DNA of 63,540 nucleotides, filler included, from Jimgerdemannia flammicorona (Eukaryota): the NCBI GenBank assembly GCA_003990765.1. It is 2 parts of 2 records of this genome, joined end to end, with 100 filler letters (N's around TTAATTAATTAA, not from the genome) between each part and the next. Parts side by side here need not be neighbours in the genome. Positions count along the whole stretch, not along the records: positions 1 to 31,738 come from RBNJ01000382.1; 1 more part is not named here. One strand, 5' to 3'. Below the pieces are notes generated by a model that was given only the letters and a program-made list of their open reading frames with translations, had not been told where the DNA came from and did no database searches. A program made the translations under genes and the position numbers. Below are positions 1 to 12,823 of this stretch, piece by piece. Numbering within the stretch: position 1 is the first letter of the stretch; each line of letters opens with the position of its first letter.

Positions 1-15
1 TTTTTTAAGAGGCTT

Positions 16-360
16 TTGCTCACTCTGCTTCATTCTCTCACTTGCTCTACCTCATTTCCCTTTACTCACTCTATCTCATTTCTCTTCACTTGCTCTGTCT
101 TATTTTTCTTTATTTACTCTGCTTTATTTCTCTTTACTTACTCTACTTCATTTCTTTCACTCACTCTACTTTACTTCTCTCACTTGCTTTGCTTCACTTC
201 TCTCACTTACTCCACTTCACTTCCCTCACTTGCTCTGCTTTACTTCTCTCACTTACTCCACTTTACTTCTCTCATTCACTCTACTTCACATCTCTCACTT
301 ACTCTACTTCACATCCCTCACTTGCTCTGCTTTACTTCTCTTACTCTTCATTTCTTATAG
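16..360. repeat. Degenerate pyrimidine-rich minisatellite, unit about 23 bp (ACTCTRCTTYACWTCTCTCACTT-like)
   Basis: Recurring units such as actctacttcacatctctcactt at about 280-325; the overlapping ORFs are low-complexity L/S/T/F artefacts. Confidence 0.8.
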
Positions 361-599
361 CTCATCTTCTATATGCCTCACTGCTTAAAAAGGCTGTCTA
401 CACTCCATTCTGACCACTTTGATATATCTCACTACTTAAAAAGGCCATCTATACTTTCTACCTAAGATGCTTTATATGCATTCTCCAACCTGTCTTATCC
501 CACCTCACCTTATCTCACCTCATCTTACTACTTTTGGTATATTGCATTTATTCTCCATAATAATATTTGCTAAGCTAATATTTGCCATAATGATGTACT

Positions 600-1060
600 G
601 GTAATATGAAGACTGGTTGGGAGAGTGTCTTCTGATTTGTGTTAAAAACATACTCTCTCATTTCTGAGAAGGACCTCTTGTAGCCTATCTTCAATATTTT
701 ATCCAAAAGACTATTTAGAGAGATGTCTCTCAATTTGTACTGATGATGTACTCTCTCTCCAGAGGAGAACCTTTTGCAGCCAGTCTTCAGCATCCTGAGG
801 AGGTCAATTAGAGAAGTATCCCTCAATTTGTATTGGCTACATACTCTCACTTTGGCAGAAAACCTCTTCCAGCTAGCCTCCAGTATTTATCCTTGAGGAG
901 AACTTCTGGCAGTTGGGCTTACCTATCTCACCATGGCAGAGATATTGCAAGAATGACCAGAGGCTAGTTAGGAGGGTGACTTCTGATCTGCACCAATGAT
1001 ATCCTCTCTCTTCAAAGGAGTATCTCTTATAGCTAGTCTCCAGCATCCTCCTACATCCTA
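600..1060. repeat. Degenerate tandem repeat, about 115-120 bp unit, 3-4 copies
   Basis: Recurring blocks 'ctcaatttgta...tactctc...aacct(c/t)tt(g/c)cagc..gtct(t/c)cagcatcct' near 620-700, 725-795, 820-885 and 980-1050. Confidence 0.55.
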
Positions 1061-1099
1061 TTGCATCCCTCAGCATCTCTCAGTATCCCTTGTCAGTTG

Positions 1100-2560
1100 T
1101 GTTTTTTTTCCATTCTGACAATTCCCCTCTTTGCACCCACTACTGTTAGGTTCCTTTAGTATATTATTGTGAAATAGAAGCTAATTTTATCTCTGCTGAT
1201 TTTGACCCAAGTGAATTACTGACTGCTTTGAGGCAGGAGTTGGAGGCTACTTTGGCAATTCTCTCAACCCTTCCATCTAGTGGAGTTGATCCCAGGTTGG
1301 ATTTTAGAAAACCTCTAGAATGTAATATTTTGGAAAAGTTTTTGGACTCACTAACTTATATGATCAATATAGAGTGAGGAATTGATGTACTTCAGGAGGT
1401 ATTTAAAAGTCCCTACTATGAGAAATTGTCTGAGCTATGGTATTTTTGTTTTCCTGAGAGCCCTCCTCTGATGGGTCAGAAAATATATGAGAGGAGGGGG
1501 TATAGGGGTATGTCCATCCAACCTGGATTATTTATAAGATTATTTTGCTTTTTATTTTCATTTTTAGAAAGTGAAGAAGGATTGATATAAAGTGTAATTG
1601 ACAGATTTTTTGGATCAACAATGACAATACTGGATAGATCAGCAAAATCTTAAGACCAAATTTATCCAGACTCAGTTCTATATCCCAAGTCTATAGAATT
1701 TTAAAATACTGAGAATTCTGAGGCTTGATCTTCTAGAAGATCAGACAATAATACTTTATATGCAAAATTTGGAAGAAGTAAGATGACAATATTCTGTCAA
1801 GTCTTTAGAAAAAGGGTACTAAAATTATTTTCAAACTGTGACATTTTTGAAGTCCTCTATTTTGCTAGCTGGTATTCTAAATTTGCACTATAATTATATT
1901 CTCTTGAATGCTGATATAGAGGAAGTTCTTGTCATTTGAAAGAGAATATTAGAAGATCAAGTAAGCCAGGTTTTAATAGATATTTGTAAGAAGACATTCA
2001 AAGTTTAGAAAGCTAGATTGAATAGTAAAGCTTGAGCTGAAACTAGATCTTATATATCAGCTGACTATACTTTGACCTATGCTGGAGAGATATATTACTA
2101 TATCATACCTCTTATGAATTTTAAACCAAAAATTGGATAAGATAAATAGGAGGAATATGAAATACATAGCTGTTATAGAGATGTCTTTACTTCTTTTCAA
2201 TACTTCTTGCTGGATATAGTAACAAATTTCTCTACTTCATCCAATTTTTGACCAATTCAATATTCCCTATTATTTATCTCCTGAGGAAATTTTGGGAGTA
2301 TTCCAACATTCTTGGTATCTCTGGTATTCTTGGTATCCTCAGCATTCTCAGCATCCTAGTATCCTCAGTATCCTTAGCATTTCTAGTATCCTCAGCATCC
2401 CCAGCATCTCTAGTATTCCTGATATTTCCAACTTTAGCATTTTTGACATTCTTGGTATCTCTGACTTCAGTGTCAGAGTTTTCAACTTTGGTACTAGTAT
2501 CATTATTAGCTTTGAAATTATCTGGAATAGATAGAGATTAGGTGAATCTGGGTCAATCTA
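1100..2560 (-). mobile_element. Highly decayed transposon-derived coding remnant (possibly gag-like)
   Basis: CpG-poor. The minus strand shows coding-like 9-bp repeats (D-A/T-E/G/K/R) at about 2300-2480 and stop-riddled frames. No diagnostic motif recognised. Confidence 0.3.
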
Positions 2561-3129
2561 GAATACATTTTAGACTTGGAGGATTTCAGTTTGAGCAAAA
2601 TATAGCAAAAGTCAGCAATATATTTTTTGGCTAATGTATAAGCTCTCCTACTCATACTGATCAAGATGTGACATCATTTTACTCTGTATCATTAAATATA
2701 AAGAACAATATATCTCAAAATCTGAGAGCTTGTTCTATAATTTAGCTTATAGTAATTTAGCTTACAGTATTAAAGTTCTACTAGAGTCTAATATAATAAT
2801 AGTGTTTCACTCAAATTAACTATATAATTCAATAGTTATTAGAGATAAGGAAGTTTTGAACAGTTTATCTCTGAGTATTTGTTATAGAATCTTGGACTTA
2901 GGAGAGCAAAAAAATTCATAGATATTTTGTATATTTGGTAGTTTATTTTTATATTATGTTTTAGTTTTTGAATATTTAGTAGAAGTTTGATAGATATAGT
3001 GTCCTTTTTTCAGGTTTTTTTTTCTGCCAAAGAATTATCCTTTTTGGTGGACTTATTAATTTGCACTAGCTAACTTCTAATTTAGTTTGGTTTGTCATCT
3101 GAAGAATTTACTGAGATTCTAGCTCCTGA

Positions 3130-3330
3130 GGTAAATTTGAGCTAGTTTGATTGAGTTCAAACTGATCTGAACTTATCATATACTGAATTCAAATTTGAAT
3201 TGATTTGAATTCATCCCATGATGAATTCAGATTGATTCAAATTTATCATATAATGAATATGAACTGGCTTAAATCAGACATATGGTTGGCAAATTCAAAT
3301 AAGGTTCAAATTTCCCTAACTTGATCAGAG
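3130..3330. mobile_element. Old hAT-like terminus with decayed subterminal (TTCAAA/TTTGAA/GAATT) array
   Basis: The array resembles the subterminal arrays of the hAT at 8873/13582 after CpG loss. It ends in gagcacaa, one mismatch from that element's terminal gagcacta. Confidence 0.4.
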
Positions 3331-3499
3331 CACAACCCAGAATACAGGTCTCACATTCAAACATATCCTTAAGAATACATTAGAAGTTAGGTGAAAGTTT
3401 CTCAAGAAAGCCAATAAAGATACTAAGAGAATTCCTATCTAAAGACCACATATTCTGAAGCTAAGTACTATCTATGCAGTCCATAAATACTAGTACCAA

Positions 3500-4480
3500 G
3501 AACATCAATCCATAAGGCTGGCTAATAGAACAGTATATGGTGAAAATACCAGAATCCTTATTGATACTAGAGCAGTAGTTTGCATCATCACTTAGTAAAT
3601 ATTAGAAAGAATTAGATAGGGAATTGATGAAGGAACCAAGACAAGAGTTATTATGACAGATGGATCAGTATCTATCTTTCTTGGACTAGTCAGAGATATA
3701 CCTATTATAACAGTGATCTCAGAATAATAACATTATCACAGAAGATAGCCTTTCCTTACAAGCTACCAGATTAGAGTACAAGAAGATCATATAGCATGAC
3801 TCACTTAGGCTATAAGATGAGTAATGATGACCAACTATAAGTCATTATGACCACAAGACAGATATCTTGAGAAATATAAAAAAAGGATCAAGAAACTATA
3901 ATAGCAGCAATCCAAACAAGACTCACAGAAATAGTTCAAAAGACTTACCACAAACAAATGTCTGCCACTCACCAAACCTCAAGGTTCAGGAACTACTAAG
4001 GCCCCTTAGTCTAGGAAAAGATGTTCCAAGATATCAGAAGAGCTATGAGGACTCACACAAGAAGGACTCCTAGCCTCAACCTGAGTACTGGCAACTCTTA
4101 TCATTATATTCTCTACTACTATAAAATGGAAACAAGGATCACCATTACTACTGAATGCCTTTAGATATAGCAGAAATACAAAATAGGAAACCTCTTCTAC
4201 CAGGAATTTTCTCAAGCCAGTCTCCAAGAAATATAAGATACCATTTCCATAGATATATATGAAATAAGAATAGCCAAGAAGATTCATCAGGTCTTCAGAT
4301 ATATATCATGGTCAATCCCTAACTTAGAGTATACTAGAATCTCAGACTTCAAAGAACTATCAGCCCACCATACCAATGTACTGAAGGTCATAGTGGCCAC
4401 AGAAGCCTAGTCTACCATCACTCTCAATAATAATGAAGTAGAAGAGTTCTGGTATCCTATCCTCCAGGACAATTTAGATC
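3500..4480 (+). mobile_element. Ty3/Gypsy pol remnant (aspartic protease region)
   Basis: About 3550-3590 reads RILIDTRAVVCII, a retropepsin D-T-G-A motif with GGA->AGA. Many stops and frameshifts. Confidence 0.55.
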
Positions 4481-4913
4481 AATTTATACAAGGATTGATC
4501 TCAGCATTCTAAGGCCCTAGTATTCAAATTAGACTTCTCCAAGACTCCATATTTATTCCTTATTTTGTAAAAGAGAATATTATAGATTGAAGAGCCCCCA
4601 CTATCACTGAACATGATGACATCACCAGCAATGACATCATCCTGTACAACATATGCAAAACACATAAAATGGATGAAATGTTCATAGATCTCATTTCCTT
4701 TGAGGACATCCTGACCTCTGGTAGTGATAAAGATAAAGTTTCCATAATCCTGAACATTCTGCTCTAAGTTCTTGATAATACTAAAATCTTCTAGCATTCT
4801 TTTTCTATATAACTGAATTCTATCAGTATTTTTTTTCTGTAACATTTAAATCTTCAGGCATCCTTTTCCTATACTACTGAAATCTACTAGTATTCTGAAC
4901 TTATGCAACCATT

Positions 4914-7900
4914 TGTACAGATACTTGAATTTGTACTTACAACTATAGTTTTCTGTATTTCAGTATTTTATTTAGTTATTGGAATTTATATTTAGCTTTA
5001 TAACTTAGCAACTATTGAATTATATTTTATATAAATACCCCTCTTATTTTCTTTAAAATAAAGTCAGTTTCAGTTCACTTATACTCAATTCCACACAAGC
5101 AATCTAAAAGATAACAAGATAGTTTAAAGATAAGACAGTTGAGAACTATAAGACCTTGGGAAGACACTTCAATAAGAACTTGCTTATAACAAACTTGTAG
5201 TTAGTCTAAGAGATATACCTTGAAGAGAATCTGATATATTTGAAGAACTCAGTAACTACTATATAACAACTTAGTATTCATTAGCTAGTGATTCAAGATG
5301 AATTCCTCACTTTCAAGCTGAAAAACAAACAATCACTACAATAACTACCCTGACTACAAGAGTCACTTCTACAAGAATTCAAGATAAGATAGAAATGTAT
5401 CCCCCTACATTCTATAGATATACTACTGAAGAGGTAATTCTGAGCTTTATTGAAGACTTTGAATAATTTTCTGCTATACAAGTTCTCACTATAGATGTAC
5501 AATTAGCCCTTCTATCTGTCAGCCTCAGAGGATCTGCCAGAGAAAAGTTCAATATAGCCACCATTGCAGCCAAACTTGCTAACATGAAAAACTTTCTCGG
5601 AACTATATACTATACTGAAAAGATCAAGTAAGCTCTCAAGGATCAACTCAATACTATCTACCAGAGACTCAGTAAAGATCCTAACTTATTCTATACCCAA
5701 ATCTGCCACCAGATTGTCTTGGCTGACTATAATGATACTCTCAAAGAACAAATAGCTGATTCAATCTTCCTTAAAGGAGTTCACCCTAAAATTGTCCTAG
5801 CAATCTGGTCTACCCCAGCTGCTCTGACCCTTGACCAGAAAGTGATCTTTGTATAGAAATATTAGACTGCCAGACACTCTGCCAAACACTCAATAGAGAA
5901 AATAACTAGCATTAAGATAAAGCTATCAAAGTCAACTAATATTATATCTACCACAGTTGTAAACAGACAACCATTCTCACCTACTTTCAAAGTAGCCAAG
6001 ACTGATCTAGTGGAGGAACTTGTCAAGCAGTTTGTTGAGATGATTGCACACCTTGGTGATATTGTTAGAGAAGTCTGAAGTGCCAACAGGAGACCAGTAC
6101 AGAGATTTATAGTTATTACAGAAGAATGTAATATCACATACTTCAGATGTAGAGAAGAAGGCCACTATGTAAAGAGTTGTATGATTAAAATAAGATGTAA
6201 AGCCCAACTAAGCAATACTATCAGAACTAGAGAACAAATCAATACAGTGGTCATTGAGGATATTAGTGATACTAATGATGAAGAATACTATGAGAAGTCC
6301 AAATTTTACTTTATTACTAAAGGTACCAGAACCCAGTCTAAGCTCTATGACAAGAAGAGTAATAGTAAGCCAGTTGGAAGACCAAAGAAGACCCCAGCTA
6401 TTACTATCCAAAGCAAGACCCAACCTGAGAAGATTGATCAAGACATAGAGTTAGATGAAGCTGCCTATCAAATCATTGAAGACACTACTCCAGTCTCAGG
6501 AGAAAGTAAAAGCAAGAAAGAATAGAAGCTGTACAAGACCAAGATCCACCAGTATGATATCTATATATAAGGACCTCAAGGAATAGAAGGTCAATGCTAC
6601 TTTTGGACAACTAGCTGAGGTCTCTGCCTTCAGACAGTAGTTGAGAGTAGAACTTGCAACTACTGCTAAGAATTAAGAATACAAGATTGTAGAAGCTCAC
6701 AATATACAAGAAGAATCCAAAGACTTAGATAAAGAATCTGAAGATCAGCACAAGACATCATGCTATACTTCATGTCAGATTGAAGATTGTATTTTTGATG
6801 CTATCATTGATACTAGTGCTGGAGAATACCTTATAAGTAAGAAGGCAATTGACTGCCTAGGCTGAGACATTAAAGAGTTCACCAAGATAGTCTATATCAT
6901 AGCAGATAGTATATGAGCTACTCTCCTAGATAAGATCTGAGAAGTACTTATCAAGATAGGAGAAGCTACCATCCTAGTAGATATAATTGTTACAAGTATC
7001 ACTAACTATGACATCCTTATTAGCAACCAATGACTTCATAAGACCAAGGCTATAATTGACCTTAATGCTCAGAAAATACAGATCAACTATAGAGGAAGAA
7101 AGGTATAAGTCTCTATCAATATCCACAAAGGAGTACTACTAGATATAGAGAAAGGAGATAAAGAAGACACAGAAGTCTTTATGTACTCAGTGTATAAGAA
7201 TAAGAGTAAGACACCTAAGCTCACAGATGAGCAGTGGTACAATAAGATCATTGATGGCTATGCCCCTCAAGGAAGATGCCTCCATGGTACTAGAATGTAC
7301 TGCTCTGAACATCTGAATGACAGCTGATCCTATATCAGTGAAGTCAGGAAAATCTGTCAACAGAAGCATGAGTAAGAAGCTGCTGAAGTAAAAAGGAAAG
7401 CTGAAGAAGATGACCAGCCCCCAGAGCTTCAAGCTGACAGTAATGATGAGGAGAAACAAGAACCAGACATCACTCTCAAGATCAAGAAGTTTCACCTTGA
7501 AGCCAAGATCCCAGAATATAAGACTGAAAGAACTATAGAAATGGACCTTGCCAGTATTCAAGATGCTACCCTTGAACCACAGACCACTACTTGGCACCAG
7601 AATTGGAGTCAAGTTGTCAGAGAACTATGCCAGAATTATCAAGACCAGGAGCAGTCTGGTCAAAAGCGAAATCTCAGTTGAAGGAGGAATAATTGACCCT
7701 AATTATACTGGTGAGATCTTCTTCATAATCAGGAATCACAACTCCACCACCCCATTTGAAGTCAAGAAGCATGACAGGATTGGCCAGATGCTGATTCATG
7801 AAATCAAGAAGCTCAAGATCACTGAAGCTACCAAACTCATCAAGACCAAGAGAGAAGAACAAGGCTTTGGATCTACTGGAAGAGGAGCCTATACTGTCAC

Positions 7901-8872
7901 CAAGATAACCAAACTTGAGCACAAGAAAGACAAAGACCAGAACAAGCACACATATACCATTGGAGAAAACTTTCCTCTAGAGGAATAACTTCTCAAGATC
8001 CTACATCAGAATGAAGGAGTACTTGCTACAGACTTTAGGGATATCCACAATCAAGAACTCAAGTACTATTATGAAGTTGATACTGGTGATACCAAGCCCA
8101 TCTACCAGAAAGCCAGACCTATACCACCTGCCTACAGAGAATGGCTGTGAGCAGAACTCAAGGAAATGGAAGAAGCTGGAATAATCAAGCAAGTTATTAG
8201 TCTCTGGGCTTCACCCATTATCCTCACTCCCAAAAAAGAAAACAAGCCTGGAGAGTTTGCCTCAAGACTCTGTATTGACTACAAGAAGCTCAATATAATT
8301 ATCAAAAAGGATAGGCAGCCCTTGCCAAATATTCAAGAAATCCTTACCACTCTTAAAAGTGAAGCCAAATACTACACCACCTTGGATCTGTTCTCAGGCT
8401 TCCATCAGATTGGTCTCACTCAAGATGTGAGTGAGAAATCAGCCTTCATTACACCTAATGCTACCTATATCTACCTACAAATACCATTTGGAATGTACAA
8501 TGCCCTAGTAAGTTTTCAGTAAATAATGAATAGAGTCTTCAATAATGAGATTGGAAAATGACTCTTTGTCTATATTGATGATATGATCATCTTCAGCAAT
8601 ACTGCATATGAATATGTCAACCATATACAGCTAGCTCTCAAGAAGCTCAAGGAGCATGGCCTCTACATCAAGCCCAAGAAGTGTAAGTTTGCAGCTCAGG
8701 AAATTACCTACCTAAGATATCTCATCAACCAGACTGGAATCCACACAGACTCCATAAAGATTGAGGCTGTTGCAGCCTATCTAAGACTCAGAACAACTAC
8801 AGAAGTCTATGTCTTCCTTGGACTATTCTTCTACTACAGAAGATTTATCAAAGAATACTCTAATATTATAGT
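4914..8872 (+). mobile_element. Degenerate Ty3/Gypsy LTR retrotransposon: LTR-gag-protease-dUTPase-RT, truncated at 8872 by a hAT element
   Basis: Putative LTR about 4914-5268 with TATAAATACCCC and AATAAA. Gag knuckle (Y<C)FRCREEGHYVKSC at about 6139-6180. Protease AIIDTSAG at about 6800. dUTPase at about 7480-7880. RT motifs LCIDYKKLN, TLDLFSGFHQI, YIDDMIIFS, KCKF and FLGLFFYYRRFI. Confidence 0.92.
7480..7885 (+). pseudogene. Retroelement-encoded trimeric dUTPase domain (one frameshift near 7590)
   Basis: Motif I (E<G)MDL lies in the upstream frame. Motifs II TRSSL, III GIIDPNYTGEI, IV DRIGQM and V REEQGFGSTG lie in ORF 7548..7988. Confidence 0.93.
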
Positions 8873-9305
8873 TAGTGCTCCCAAATGAATGGAATCAATT
8901 CGAATCGAATTGAATTGGAGTTGATTGGAGTCGAATCAAATTGAGGATTTTTTGATTCAAATCAAAGTCAAATTGAATCAAAGTCGAATCGAATTGGGGG
9001 TCTGATTCGATTCAATCGAATCGAATTGAGAGTTCGATTCAAATCTTACGTCATCAATCTTGTGTCATCAATCTTTTTATTTGTAATCAATTTTCACAAT
9101 TCAGCATTCCCAGCACCCACTGCACAATTCATTTTCACACTATTCATTCAAGCATCCTAATTCCTATCCTAATTCATTCACAATTCAGTATTTCTGACCG
9201 ATCCCAGCACATCCCCCCACCACTTGCCACAATCTCTGGTGTCGCTACATCTGTGTTCTTCCTGTACATCACCACCGATGGCGATCCATTACCCGATGTA
9301 CAAAT

Positions 9306-9923
9306 TCAAGCATTTCCAGTATGCCTGACCACAGTAGCTGCTATCTGATGTGTATTATCATATAGTCTTTTGCCTGGAGGAATATCAGAGATGGTTGGAT
9401 CAAGATGTTGACAAATCCTGAGAATGGTATGGTATATTTTACCATACACTCTGCAATTATAGCAACTTGTAATACATCGTCCTCTTCTTGGCTTCAGGGC
9501 TGGGGCTTGAGAGACTGGGGCTTGAGAGACCAGGGCTTGAGGGGCTGGGGCTTGAGGGGCCGGGGCTTGAGAGCCTGGGGCTTGAGGGGCTGGGGCCAGG
9601 GCTTGAGGGGCTGGGGCCAGGGCTTAAGGACTGGCTGGGACTTGGACTTGAGGGCTGGCAGGGGCTTGGGCTTGAGGGCCAGCAGAGGCTTAGACTTGAG
9701 GGTCGGCAAGAGTATGGCTGGCTAAGATAAATCTCTCAAGCACTTTCTCTATTTTCTTCTTATTTTTCTTATAGTTTTCATCAGTCTTATCATCATTGTC
9801 ATCATTTAGCCATTTGAAAACTTTGCTGATGGTCTTGTTCATTTCCTTGAAGTGCTCGGACAAGTCTTCAAGATAAACTTATAGGGATAAATAGTGAAGG
9901 TAATTTTGAAATTTGTCAGTCAT
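9306..9923 (-). pseudogene. Passenger ORF inside the hAT element: helical N-terminus, APQAP repeats, basic Cys motif resembling half a Zn(II)2Cys6 cluster
   Basis: One frame runs from ATG at 9923 to TGA at 9306 with three in-frame TAA. Two of them fall at Q (CAA) positions of the PQAP repeat. Contains KPRRGRCITSCYNCRVYGKIYHTILRICQH. Confidence 0.6.
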
Positions 9924-9999
9924 TTTTTTTTAGCTCAAAATGCAGACAGAAGTACAGCTTAGACAGCCTATTTATATGTTTTTTATCTGATACTTAGAT

Positions 10000-10440
10000 T
10001 CAAATATAGCATAATGCCGAGAGCTTCGAATATAGTAGTGTGATGCTGAGAGCTTCGAAGCATGATGCCAAGAGCTTCAAATATAGTGGTGTGATGCTGA
10101 GAGCTTTGAATATAGTGGTGATGACACAATGAGCCAATATGGAGAGCTTCGAATATAGCGGTGATACAGTCAAGCCAAGAACTTCAAATATAGCTATAAT
10201 GCTGAGAGCTTTAAATATAGTAGTGACACAGTGAGACAATATGGAGAGCTTCAAGGCAGTGACACCATCAGGAAGCTTTGGCAGACAGGTAACTTTGATG
10301 GAGCCAATATGGTGCAGAGTAGGAGAGTTTCGAAGTAGTGATGCTAGGAAGCTTCAGCGATACTAATAGTGCAAACAGGTAGCTTCAGCGGTAATGCAGT
10401 GAACCAATATGATGCAGAAGCAAGCCAAGAGCTTGGAATA
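10000..10440. repeat. Internal tandem array of the hAT element (GAGCTTCGAATATAG-containing units)
   Basis: Repeated gagcttc(g/a)aatatag...gtgatgc and ccaatatg units lie between the transposase stop and the passenger ORF. Confidence 0.75.
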
Positions 10441-10548
10441 TAGATACTTCATTATTCAGAATTCTGATATAATGATCAGGTATGTATATATATTTGGTAT
10501 TTCGAGAAACTATATTTCGAGATTATACTATATTTCGAGATCGGAATA

Positions 10549-12760
10549 CTAGACTGATTGCCATGCCTTTAAACACATATATTCACGGATCATTTCAGGG
10601 TCTAAAGCACCTCTTTTGGGTGTTACAAGATCTGTACTACTTGAAAAAACCTGCTCAATTGGAGCACTTGTTGCTGGGATAGCTAAATAGTCATGTGCCA
10701 TTTTTGCTAGATTTTGGAAATCTCTGCTATAGCTCTAATGTTCCTAATAAATTAAATTAATTAGAAAAAGACTTTGGAAATATATAGACCAAATTCGAAT
10801 ATGAAGGCCCAACTCACTTACCACCATGATAATGTATCAACTCCTGATTGAAATTTAACAATTTCACTTTTTAAATAAGCATCTACCTCCTGCTCAGAAT
10901 TTGTTATCAGTTTTTGTCTTTTATTACCATAGAATATATATTCATCTAGTTCAGCAAGGATGTCATTATCATCTTCAATTGCAGCATTGACATCGACATT
11001 GACATCAACACTGATGTCGACATTGATATCAATGTTGGAAATTGTACAATAAACTGATCCAGATGGAGGGGCATAGTTTTTGTTATAAACTGTATGAAGT
11101 GTGTTTTCAGCCTCTTGAATCCAAATGTCTTCCCAACTATGGGATGAATAATATCCTAGTTTAATCCTGGGATCGAGAACTGATTTTCATTCCAAAAAAT
11201 AAATTCGTAGTGACCAACTGATTGAATTTCAAAACTGTCTTAGCACCAAGCAAATTTCGAAATAGATTTTTCGAAATATTTACTTATTAGTACCAATATA
11301 ATAAAGACCATCTGTCATTGAATAATATATCTTCAACTTATCAATAGCTGCTGTTATTGCCTAGTAAATAATATCTGTCAGCTCATCCATTGACTCTCCT
11401 GTCTTTGGCATTCGAATATCTTTATCATCCTCTAACTTATTCAGCAGATAGTTGTAAATTGGAATAGCTATATAAATTGTTATATATTTCTGCTTAGCTA
11501 TAAGATCTGTCACCTTTTGAAAGTTTTTTAGAATTTTCATAATATCTTTTAGCATCTGCCAAATATTATCTTCAATGGTATATTTTCACAAATCTTTATC
11601 AGCCACAATTGTTGTGATTAAGGGCTATTAATAAAAATTAATTTATTAATAAATAAATTATTATAATATAAATTATAATATAATATAAAACTTACCTATG
11701 ATAATTCTAAGGCCTGTTCAATCATAAAATATGTCAAATTCCACCAAGTCTTAATATTTAGAATAAGTTTTTTTGGATTGCTGATTCCAAAAGCTTTACA
11801 TTGTACTTTAAATTGATCAAGAATGACTGAATCTTGATAATACTTGTTTGGAGTTTTGAAATTAGTTCTCCATCATCATCAGCCTTCATACAAATTAAAA
11901 AGGCCTGAGCAGCCAGATTAATAATATGAGCCAGGCAGCAAACATATTATATTGGCTGATAAAGGCCAGCATCAAACTCTATTCCAATTGTTTGAAAAAA
12001 TATATTGTTGTTGGATGCATTGTCTGTTATTATAGCCAATATCTAGAGTAAAAGATCAATAATTCGAAATATAAGTTTTCTAAAATTCCAACCTTTTTCG
12101 AAAATTCTGACCTTTTTCGAAAATCCCACCCTTTTTTGAAAAATCCTACTCTTTACTCTTTTTGAAAATCCCAACCATCCCAACTTTTTTTTTTTTTTGA
12201 CCTTTTCAAAATATGATCTACATATCTTTGTCTATATGCCAAAATCTCGAACACATTTTCCAAAGGCATCAGTGATATTTTCACCTAAATGAGATCCTGA
12301 TAGCTTGACAAAATCAATCAGCATATAGTTAAGTTGCCAATTCTGACAGATCTAGTGTGCATTAATTCCAAGAAATGCATGTATATTTGGAGATGTCCAT
12401 GTATCAACAGTGAAGGATATTCGACCTCATATATTCTATTTTCGAATACAATAAGATTAATTCAAATACTTGAATTAATATTCAACGTCAAAATATTAGA
12501 TCTTACCTGTAGTATAATTTTGATGGTATCATGCTTCTGTTGAAAGGCCAGTTTAATTTTATTTCGTATAGTTCTAGCAGAAGGCATAACAATATCTGGT
12601 TTTAAAAGGGAAAAAACATCTTTCAACTCCAAATTCTCAACAACCATAAAAGGCTGACTATTACCAATAATCCAGCAAACAAGCTTTTCTCGAAATAATG
12701 GCATGGAGAATTTTGGCTATTTTTGAATATTATAAAGTAATAATAAATTAATAACAATAA

Positions 12761-12823
<63 letters not shown>

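Noticed and set aside
16..413. Two overlapping 114-123 aa ORFs
   Set aside because: They are translations of a minisatellite with no coding signature.
5298..8872. Stop-codon reassignment or readthrough suggested by many in-frame stops in transposon ORFs
   Set aside because: Host genes, including a 1828-codon UTP20 frame, use the standard code. The stops fit transition mutations.
9405..9730. GLR/GLE/LKP repeat ORFs listed in the ORF track
   Set aside because: They are alternative frames of the 15-21 bp repeat. The APQAP frame is the one continuous with flanking non-repetitive sequence.
10000..10440. CRISPR-like repeat/spacer appearance
   Set aside because: Units are degenerate, the spacers are themselves repeated, there are no cas genes and the context is a eukaryotic transposon.
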